Shown here in pieces: positions 11,801-20,281 of a stretch of DNA of 33,253 nt. Positions within the stretch are counted from its first letter, which is position 1; every line of letters starts with the position of its first letter. This DNA comes from Intoshia linei (taxonomy: Eukaryota; Animalia; Orthonectida), in NCBI GenBank assembly GCA_001642005.1, contig LWCA01000294.1, positions 1-33,253 of the forward strand, read 5' to 3'. The position numbers and the translations under genes were made by a program. Under the pieces are notes generated by a model. That model saw only the letters and a list, made by a program, of their open reading frames with translations. It was not told the origin of the DNA and ran no database searches.

Positions 11801-13468
11801 AATTTTTTGTTTGTACTGTTAACCTAGTTTTATTGTAATATATTAAAATAATTTTGGTATACTTAAGAATTTATAATATTACCTATTAATAAATTAAATA
11901 AGTAGGCCCCTAATGATTGTAGGCCAGGTCCATAGGACCCATAGCCTCTCTCCATGGCCCTTGGTTTAATTAATATAAAATATTGAGAATTTCTATACAA
12001 GTGTTCATGTATAGTTTTAGGTCGTGTGATTATTTTCTTTATTACGCGCTTCATTTTTATATACAACGACTTGTTCATCCTGTCGTATTATAAATATGTA
12101 TCGACCTTTATAAACATTTTAATTACATGTATAATTATTGTATGTGTTGAGGTGTATTTTTAATTTTAACAAAAAAATAGAACATAAAATCTTACATAAA
12201 AATGCTACTATTCACTATTACCAATCTGTTAAAGTTTAACAGATTAACTGGAACTTAAAGAAATGCTTCGAACGTGTTTAGAGATTATTTTATTTTTAAA
12301 TTCTAGGACCTTTAATTATATTTAATTTTTGTTTTAATCAAATTATTACCAAAAAAAGGTAAACAGTAAATTGATTTCCCTAAAATCCCTTTGTAAAATA
12401 TGGTAAAACATTTTTTGTGTGTATAAACTGGAGATAACTGTTAACTGTTGTTTTTTTTATTGTGGGACTATTTTCATTTTTTGAAAAAAGGGTAATTTGT
12501 GATTTTGGCTCTGGGCTAAGAAAAGGGCCGGAGGCCCTTTAAAATTTTGAGCGAAGCGATAAAAAAAATTAGGGTCCCTTTTTAGAATAAAGGGCTTACT
12601 GTTGATTGGAGAAGTAAATACTTAATTCATGGAGTATTAATAAAAGCATTAAAAGATATTATGTAGGTTTCTAGTTACTTTTATTACTACTTTACAACTT
12701 ACCTACTTTTTTCTTGAATGTTCACTGAATGGAAAGGTTTTAATGTTTGGAACAGTTTTTATGTTAATATATGATGAACATTGTAGAATATATGTTAAAT
12801 TGAATAATTACCAGAACTTTGATTCTATAAACTATTTTCTTTCTAGCCATTTGAATTTCCCCACTTTAAAACTGTTTCATAAGATATAAATGTGAAGTAT
12901 TTTTTAATAATTGGGGCCTTTTTTTAAGATATACATGTAAAATACTGTTATTAATTTGGGGCTTTTTTTAATGAGTGGCTCTGGGTTACAGCCCATATTG
13001 ACCATGCCTTAAAACGGCTCTGTGTTATGGTGTTACTTTTTGAAATTTAAATATATGACAAATTTCATGATTCTAAAATCTGCAGCAGAGTATGGATAGT
13101 TGGGGTTTTGTATTGGTAAGATTTAAGTTTCTGAGTTTGAAATTTATTTTACTTTCACCCGGAAAAACTGTAATAAATTATGGAACTTTTTAAATTCTAG
13201 GACTCTTATTTATTGAAATAAACGATAACACAGACAAACAAAGAGTTTGATATAATTTAGGACTATTAAATTAATATTATGATTAGATACACATATCCCT
13301 GAAAGTAATGAATTTGTTTCCATGTTGTTGCCTCAAGTACCAGCCCAACAAAAAACGGATGATATAAAAATCCCTTTGGTATATGTTCAAGGCAATGAAG
13401 CTAGAAAACTTTTATCCGTACTTGTCAATGAAATTGACAAAAATATGAAAATTGAAAATTTGAATTAA
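8844..13468 (+). CDS. EDEM3: ER degradation-enhancing alpha-mannosidase-like protein 3 (GH47 plus PA domain), about 756 aa
   Basis: Phase-consistent exons 8844-9301, 9347-10489, 10780-11221, 11369-11414, 13287-13468. Hydrophobic N-terminal signal; GH47 motifs YAYPADE, TLIDSLDTL, SLFEANIR, DSYYEYLLK, LRPE, ETLKY, NTEAH; PA domain KRGKCTFYEK|AINAQKLGAIAIIVYD and TDDIKIP, which is diagnostic of EDEM3. Confidence 0.9.
11585..13262 (-). mobile_element. Composite Helitron locus H4 (a 3' fragment plus a second copy) with nested GC-rich TIR-element pieces, in EDEM3 intron 4
   Basis: 3' end on - strand: CTGTTTGTAC-GTA-GTACATAACAG-TCAACTTAG|T at 11585. 5' end TCCTAAATTATAT..TTTGTTTGTCTGTGTT at 13262. 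The 3'-proximal block recurs at about 12165-12230. Nested pieces at about 11900-11962 and 12508-13022 (the latter ends TTAAAACGGCTCTG, hAT-like). Confidence 0.65.
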
Positions 13469-13523
13469 TTTATTTAATTAAATTGGAAATAACCCTGTAA
13501 ATAAAATTTTTAATTAATGTTGA

Positions 13524-13588
13524 ATTACGTCATATCATGAGTCATGACTCATATGCTATGATGTAAATAGTACGTCACGCTATTTAAA
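13524..13588 (+). promoter_or_regulatory. Cluster of five bZIP-binding sites followed by a TATA-like box
   Basis: ATTACGTCAT (13524-33), ATGAGTCATGACTCAT (13537-52, a 16-bp palindrome containing two AP-1 sites), TGATGTAA (13559-66), TACGTCAC (13571-78) and TATTTAAA (13581-88). Confidence 0.6.
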
Positions 13589-13605
13589 TTGAATATAATG
13601 AGTAC

Positions 13606-13756
13606 ATGGTACTCAGAATATTGGTAATATACAACATATTCAATAAATATTATTAACAATTTGTAAATAAAATCTACGCAGAGCCGAATTTACCGTACCG
13701 AAACCCTTTTCAGGGTTGATTATAATTTCCGACGAAATTTTATATTAAATATCTGA
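13606..13756 (+). CDS. Candidate spliced micro-gene, 30 aa: MVLRILSRIYRTETLFRVDYNFRRNFILNI
   Basis: ATG in tacATGG context; exon 13606-13623; 58-nt GTAATA...CGCAG intron 13624-13681; GC-enriched exon 13682-13756; AATAAA at 13780-85. No homologue recognised. Confidence 0.4.
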
Positions 13757-13928
13757 ATTGTTATTTATTTAATATTTACAATAAAGACTATTTTTATCAT
13801 ATCAACGTTTGTTCAAAGTCTCATCCACATATAAATGATATAAAATATATGTATATTAATTAATTAAGATAAAAAAAACTTAAAAATATTTAATTACAAC
13901 AAATAATACAATTAAATTAAAAAAAAAA

Positions 13929-14864
13929 TTATTCCGGATCTTTAAGGTATTTAGTATAATGGTTGTCTCGGTGTTCCTTAGTGAAAAATTGGTGAAATTG
14001 ATCTTCAAATTTTTTAACTCTAGTTTTAAAACGCCACGCATCCACAGCATAATGTTCCCAATAACATCGAACATACTGCTTGTAATCTGGATCTTGAGTA
14101 TCAATTTCACGATAATCTACGAGCTGATCATCTGGGGCAAAAGTGACCTAAAAATAAATATAAAATATTTATGTAATTATTACTTTTCTATTAGAAATTT
14201 GATATGCATTTATGGATTTTGTTGAGTCGGTTAAATCTGACATACTGGTAGAATCAGAATATAAAGAATCTTCATCGGTATTATAATAGTCAAAATAGGA
14301 ACTAAAAGCAATATGAATTGTTCGTATTGAAGGATTTGATGATTTATCATCTTGAGAATCATCAAGGTATGGGTCTGGTGTTATAACAATATTTTTTGAT
14401 GATTTGAAATGGTAAATTGAATTGGTATTAATAATTTTACTTGAATCAATACCACTGAAACCTACAAAATAAATAAATTGTTTAATAAAATTCAATTAAT
14501 GCATTACTGTTTGATAATCCCAGTGAATTATGTTCCATGGTTCTATTGATATTGGTAGGGTCACTAACTGATCTTTTACGAGACCATTTACTTTTATTTG
14601 TCAACGTGCTCATTTTGCGCACAATCTCGTCTTCACAGTCATCAGACTCGTCGATACAATTATTTGAATTTGATTTGTACATATTTATATATTTATTATA
14701 AATCTCAAAACTGCAGTCAATAAAATGGTTCATTTGAGGTATTACCAAATAATAAAATTATCAAGGTAATTCAGATGTTTCAATATGGTTTTAATGTGTG
14801 TATGTATGGTAATATTCGTAAAAACTACTCTATAGCCATTTTTTGAAATATAAATTGTACGCAT
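13929..14864 (-). CDS. PPP1R15: PP1 regulatory subunit 15 (GADD34/CReP-like eIF2alpha phosphatase targeting subunit), about 272 aa if the first intron is spliced
   Basis: Exons 14864-14746, 14710-14508, 14461-14184, 14147-13929. The spliced C-terminus RK|VTF...RCYWEHYAVDAWRFKTRVKKFE..F..FFTKEHR contains the RVxF motif and the W-x3-A-x-D-x2-RF-x2-R signature of PPP1R15. Acidic Ser/Asp-rich middle region. Start codon uncertain. Confidence 0.85.
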
Positions 14865-14984
14865 TATATAATTAATTCAAAGTACTTATCATAATTAACA
14901 AACGATATTAAATGTTTATAGTGCAAATAAATGTATCCTAGGCGTTGTAATAATAATTAAAGCAACTTTGTTAATTCATGAATT

Positions 14985-14997
14985 GTTACTTAGTCAC
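14985..14997 (+). promoter_or_regulatory. Possible X-box (RFX site) upstream of the ciliary gene CFAP298
   Basis: GTTACTTAGTCAC resembles the 13-bp X-box (GTTGCCTAGCAAC type), about 445 bp upstream of the CFAP298 ATG. Confidence 0.3.
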
Positions 14998-15440
14998 TTT
15001 CATTGTAACCAAGCTATTTTTTAAACATTGACATACTTGAGTCAATTAAATTGACACAGATTAGACTTATTTTGGAGATATAGATACATATATAGATTCG
15101 GTAAGTTACATTGTAGAGTTAATTTCACTCAAAACATTTGTTACATTTAAATTTTTAAATGTTAAATTATCGAAAATATCACTATCTTTTTGATTGATTT
15201 GGAATGATAAGCAATAATCTTGCCAGATAAATTAAAAATAATAAATTGTATACAGTATAGTATTGCGTAAATATAAAGTTGAAGCATATAAACTGATGTT
15301 TATTATATTCAGTACATCTTTTTAATTCCATTTTTTTTATTCAGAAACTTTTAAAATATCCAACATGGCTTTTAGCAGAATACTTCACGATGTAAATTGC
15401 GTTATTTACTAGAAACCGAATACTATAGCAAATAAATAAA

Positions 15441-17550
15441 ATGGTAAAATTGGTTATTAAAAATTGCGAAGATTTGCAGTTTCTTTTTGAAACTTGTACG
15501 AATGAACCCATTTCAAACATTTTAAAAGAAATTGTTAACATTTATAATGGAAGACTTAAAATTGCAAGAATTGCAGCCGGTAATTTATATATATCATGGA
15601 TTCTCTTTGTGCAATAATTCCATGAGGTTAATGTGATATTTGAAATAAGTTATTCATGTGTGTTTCAATTAACGTTTAAAAATATAATGATAACCAATAA
15701 TTAAAAAAGCACTGGTCAAAAAAATTTCTAAAATTTATTCAAAAATATATTACAGAGTTTTTCATGAACAGTAACATTAAACGTGAAATTTCATAATATA
15801 CCCGAATTCTTGTAAATAAATCCATAAAATATACATTATTTTACTCCCATAATCATAATAAATATATAATTGACCTTTAGAAATGAATGAATTGGCTGAT
15901 CATGGATTGACATTACCCGGTAACATGCAAGGGTTAACAGATGATCAATTAATTGATTTAAAATTAACTGACAGTTATGGAGATACAAATTTACCTTCCG
16001 GAGGTTATGTTTTTTCACAAGACGATATTGGTCGTAGAAATGGAAAAGGTACCAGAGTTTATGATGCAATTATACTTCTTTAAAAAATAGGCCCTCTTGA
16101 AAAATTACAAAAAATGATTAAACAATGCACTCATGATTCGAAAGAAATGATATCCAAAGTACCCATTTTATTAAATTGTTAATTTTGTTACATTTAACTA
16201 AAATGAACACTCTGGCAAGTTTGCCATTAATACAATTTGTATTAAATGAACTGTTAAAAAAATTTAAATATTTTCGAAGAATCCGAAAAAAACGTCTTTT
16301 ATGACGCATTTTGGTTTCTAATAAAATCCGTATTTTTGTGTTGATATGTGAAATCTTATCCAGCCCTATAACAATTGTTACAAATGTGTAATAAAAGTTT
16401 ACTTTTTTAGAAAAATATTGATCATAATATTTATGTATCAATGAATACAATTGAAACAACCCTACAAAATATGAAAAGTGCAATTTTAATTGTTTATCCA
16501 ATGGGACTACCACCATATGATCCAATTCAAATGGAATTTGAGAATAATGAACAGCTTGAGGGAACACAAGTAAATCTTGATTTATTAATCGCAAATAACT
16601 AATTTTTGAAATAATCATACAAAAATTTTCAAATTTATTAATTATTATTATTAACTCTAATGTTTAATGTGTTTTTCAATTAATTAAAATCAATAATTTT
16701 GTATTTATAATTTTATGATATTCAATAGTTTATACCAGAGGTGGGGAAAGTGCGGCCTTATTGAAGATTTGGTGCAGCCTTCTGAACTATTTCAATTATT
16801 TTTCATTTAAAATTATTATATTATTTTTAAAATATTAATTTTTGGTAAAAGCGTTTTTTCCTTAAGGGTTGGTAAAATGGTATTTTTCAAAATAATATTG
16901 GTAAAAGAAGATTTTTTCTCATTAGATTTTACTAAATAGAAAAAAATGCTAAAAATTTATCATTCACACCCAATTATCTAAAATGTTCGTATTCACCTTC
17001 TAATAAAATTATTAAGTTCGTGGAATGAGCAGCCATCCCAATAGAAGCACTGGTGTATTTGTTTATTTTTTATTAAAAAAGGTTTGGCCTTCGAACAATA
17101 AATGCTTTCCCATATTCTGGTTTATACCAATTATTAATATTTGGTTTATTACGCGTTTAATCATGTTTTTCTTAGGCAAGTAAAGATGTGATTGAATTTG
17201 AAGAAGCAGTTTTATGGTGGGCTGGAAAAGAATTGATTAGTACTAAAAAACTGTCAGATTTTATTGGAAAAAACGAAAAATGTAAAATTTTGGTAAAATT
17301 GCAGAAAAAATGTAATGGAGCTCCAAGTAGAGAAAGTGTTGTAAGTGAAGAGGAAAAAAGAAAAATGATGATGTACTATTATCATAAACAAGAAGAATTA
17401 AAGGTTTTAAAATTTTAAAATTTATAAAAAAATTACATGTAGAAATTGGAAAAAGATGACGATGATAGTTATTTAGATTCCAAATGGGCCAATACAAAAA
17501 GTTTAAAACATAAATTTCAAAATTTGTCGGATAATATTAAATTTAAATAA
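15441..17550 (+). CDS. CFAP298: Cilia- and flagella-associated protein 298 (C21orf59/Kurly), about 289 aa
   Basis: Exons 15441-15579, 15881-16048, 16091-16158, 16411-16569, 17176-17403, 17443-17550. Motifs IYNGRLKI, EMNELADHG.LP.NMQGLTDDQ, DDIGRRNG, IVYPMGLPPYDPI.MEFEN, LWWAGKEL, KKLSD.IGKNEK, QEELKKLE.DDDDSYL.S.WA. Confidence 0.95.
16736..17119. mobile_element. Buster-type hAT MITE in CFAP298 intron 4
   Basis: Perfect 8-bp TSD GTTTATAC (16728-35 and 17120-27, TA at 4-5); termini CAGAGGTGGGGAAAG and CTTTCCCATATTCTG. Confidence 0.85.
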
Positions 17551-17581
17551 TTTTTAATTTACAAAACACAATGTAGTTATT

Positions 17582-20199
17582 TCAGGTATTTTTTTTAATT
17601 TTCCGACCATGAGATCTGCTGCTTGTTCTGCTTATAATTTTTCCACTGTTTTTTTTGTATTTCTAATTATAAAAATATAATTTATACATATACACTAAAA
17701 TTTACCTCTATAACTTTTAAAGCATGAGTACACATTTCAGATCGACAGCGAGTAATTTCTGGGTTATCAGTTATCGAAAAAACACCACCGTTAAACAAAA
17801 ATAAGCATTCTCTTTCCAGGCTTGCCAAATTAATTACATTACCATTTCCAATTTGTGTTAATATATCGTCCAACCATATTATCCTACAGTTAGTAGACAA
17901 TTTATACAAAATTATTAAAATTAATATTACTTTCCAGTATTGTCAATTTTTGCATTATTAGGTTTCATAAAAACAGACGCAGCTCTAAAATATTTATAAA
18001 AATATAAAAAAGTAATAACTCATGAGAAAGTATTTCATTGTATAATTGTATTGCTTCCACCATCCATTCCTTTTCAGATTTGTTCATATCTCTATATATT
18101 AATTGACGTTAAGAATTTCATGAAAGTTAAATGAGTGTTACCATTTTTTCAGGTTTATAAAAAACTAGCTTGGCTGTGTTTTTTTAAATTCTAGGGCTGT
18201 TTTCATTTAAAAAAAGGTAATTTGGGGTTTTGGCCCTGAAGATTTATTTTTTAAATTTATGATTTTAAAATCCGTATCAGAGTGTATATATTTTTAAATT
18301 CTCGAACACGTTTGATTTTCAAAAAAGGATAATTGGGTTTTTTGACACTTACGATGTGAGTTGAAAGGTTGAAATTTATCTTACTTTCATCCCAGAAAAA
18401 ACTGTAATAGAAATGTGGACTTTATAAAATTCTAAGACTGGTAGTTATTGAAATAAACGATAACACACAGACAAACAAAGCATATTATATAATTAAAAAA
18501 AGTATAATTACGTAGATACTGTAGGTGGAATTAAAACATCTTCCGAAAGTATTTCAATTTCGTCGCTACTTATTGTTTCTATTGATTTTATTTCAGACGT
18601 ACCAATAGTATTACGGAATATTTTCTAAATTAAAATAAATGATAACAGGAACTAGTCAGAAAACAATATTAATAATCATTTGGTTTATGATTATATTTGA
18701 CTGTTATGGAGATCAACTTAACATTTATGAATATCGTAAAACGAGAGATTGGTCGAAAAATGTTAATAACATTTTAGTTGATGTATCCATGAAACGATGC
18801 GTATGCATACTAATCATGCACCATCTGAAGTATATATTAAAATAAAAACCTTGATAAGAAAAACGGATTTTAATGACAACCCTTTTATTGTTCTATACAT
18901 TTTCGATTTTCCTCCAATTCGTACAAGAAACAAATCGGACATAATCTTTTTTAGGCGTGAACAGACCGGTCTGTCTAAATGAATACAATACATCAACTTT
19001 ATCTGATCACTAATTTTCTATACTTTGGAAGAAATTTTTAAGTAAATGTCACAAACTTTTTTTGAGCAGTATGTTTATCGGTTTCACATCCAATGATTCA
19101 ACCATTTTTACTAAAAATCCAATTTTACCAAGCCTTTAGAGAAAGTTCTAGTTTTACCAACCCTAAAAAAAAATCCGGTTATATTAAAATTCAAAAATAA
19201 TCCAATTGATTTAAAAGACCCAAAGTGATAAACAGCCCAACATATAAATTTTAACAAAAAATACGTTCTATAATTTCAATTTTTGATTTTTTGTGAGGAA
19301 TTGAAACAGCAGTATCAATCTAGAATAAATTTATAAAACATGTCAAAATATCCAAACCTTACGCTTTCGTCCTACATTCTTACGTTTTTGTTCAACAACT
19401 TGCTGGGCCAACATTTTTAACGGTTTAATTTTCTAAAATAGAATACAATCTAAAAAAGCACTTTTCAAAGAGGTCCGTAAATTAATGTTTAGACATTCAT
19501 TGTAATAACTATGAAAATATTTATAAAGTTGGTCTCACGAGACACGCATATCTGCTAAACCCATGTTTAAAATTTACTTTTCTGGTAATTGGCCTAGAAT
19601 AGACTTTGGAATCAATTTTTTTTTCTATAATCGGTTTTTTTTCCAATATTTTTGGTTCAATTTTTTCTATAACAATTGGAGCCGTAGTAGGTAATGGTGT
19701 TTTTATAATTTCAGTTTTAGGTTCAGGTTTTTCATCATTCTTTAAAATTTTATTATCTGGTGTATTTAAAGTTTTAATATTTAAATCGTCTTTTTCTGTA
19801 GGTTTACATTCATTTTTAAGTTTATTATGAACTTTCCAAGATTGCATTAGATTTTCTTTCATTTCTTTGACACATTGGGTATGTATTTTATCATATATCC
19901 TTTCCAAAGTGACTTTGTCAAATTTATCGCTATCATCTATTTGATTATAATACAATTCACAACATTTTATGGGATTTAAAAGATACTCAACAATTCTATT
20001 TGACAATCTAGGATTCATCAGATCGCACATTTTTAAATTATAACAAACTTGTTTCCTAAAATTTTATAAATAAAATGTGATTCTTTACTTTTCTTTACCA
20101 ATTGTTTGAACATGTCAAAACAGCTGACATTATCAACATTTTATCTTCTGAATTTAAAATCATTGGATTTTGAGATGAACTCGGTGGTATTTTCTCCAT
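17582..20199 (-). CDS. BRD8: Bromodomain-containing protein 8-like (NuA4/TIP60 subunit), about 443 aa
   Basis: Ten phase-consistent exons: 20199-20099, 20055-19578, 19432-19358, 19319-19265, 18974-18850, 18624-18512, 18091-18020, 17984-17931, 17883-17706, 17662-17582. The N-terminal SEDKMLIMSAV...NNWKQVC..LK...KCCELY plus coiled coil resembles the BRD8 N-terminus. The C-terminal EW...HEAASVFMKP...WLDDILTQIGNG...LERECLFLFNG is bromodomain-like. Confidence 0.75.
18165..18495 (-). mobile_element. Internally deleted Helitron copy H5 in a BRD8 intron
   Basis: 3' terminus AGCTAG|T (- strand) at 18165 is joined almost directly to the 5' block shared with H2/H6 (ACTGTAATAGAAATGT..TTGAAATAAACGATAACACACAGACAAACA). 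Confidence 0.7.
19080..19235. mobile_element. Deleted copy of the piggyBac-like MITE in a BRD8 intron
   Basis: Starts CGGTTTCACATCCAATGATTCA, identical to 22569-22590. Shares the ACCATTTTTA.TAAAAATC and TTTACCAAC blocks. Right end degenerate. Confidence 0.55.
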
Positions 20200-20281
20200 T
20201 TCTAAAATAAAACTGCTTGGGAACGAGTAAACATTTATTGATAAAAATATAAAATGATTCATACTTTATTGTTATTTATAA

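Noticed and set aside
13670-13740. Hammerhead-like CGAAAC-CCT-TTTC-AGGGTT stem (a GAAA tetraloop hairpin on the - strand)
   Set aside because: There is no CUGANGA core or stems I/II, and no Sm site or snRNA match was recognised. The GC enrichment is explained more simply by the micro-exon.
13598-13748. Alternative spliced frame MSTWYSEY-TGA-AEFTVPKPF read as a selenoprotein
   Set aside because: No SECIS-like element or redox motif is visible, so the TGA is most likely a stop.
13880-14225. ORF-track entries 13880-14110 (-) and 13959-14225 (+)
   Set aside because: Wrong frame or strand; the real exon is the PPP1R15 frame 14147-13929.
16118-16618. 166-aa - strand ORF
   Set aside because: Antisense shadow of CFAP298 exons 3-4 and the intervening intron; no recognisable domain.
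18639-18982. + strand ORFs of 68 and 61 aa
   Set aside because: Antisense to a BRD8 exon and intron; no supporting gene structure.
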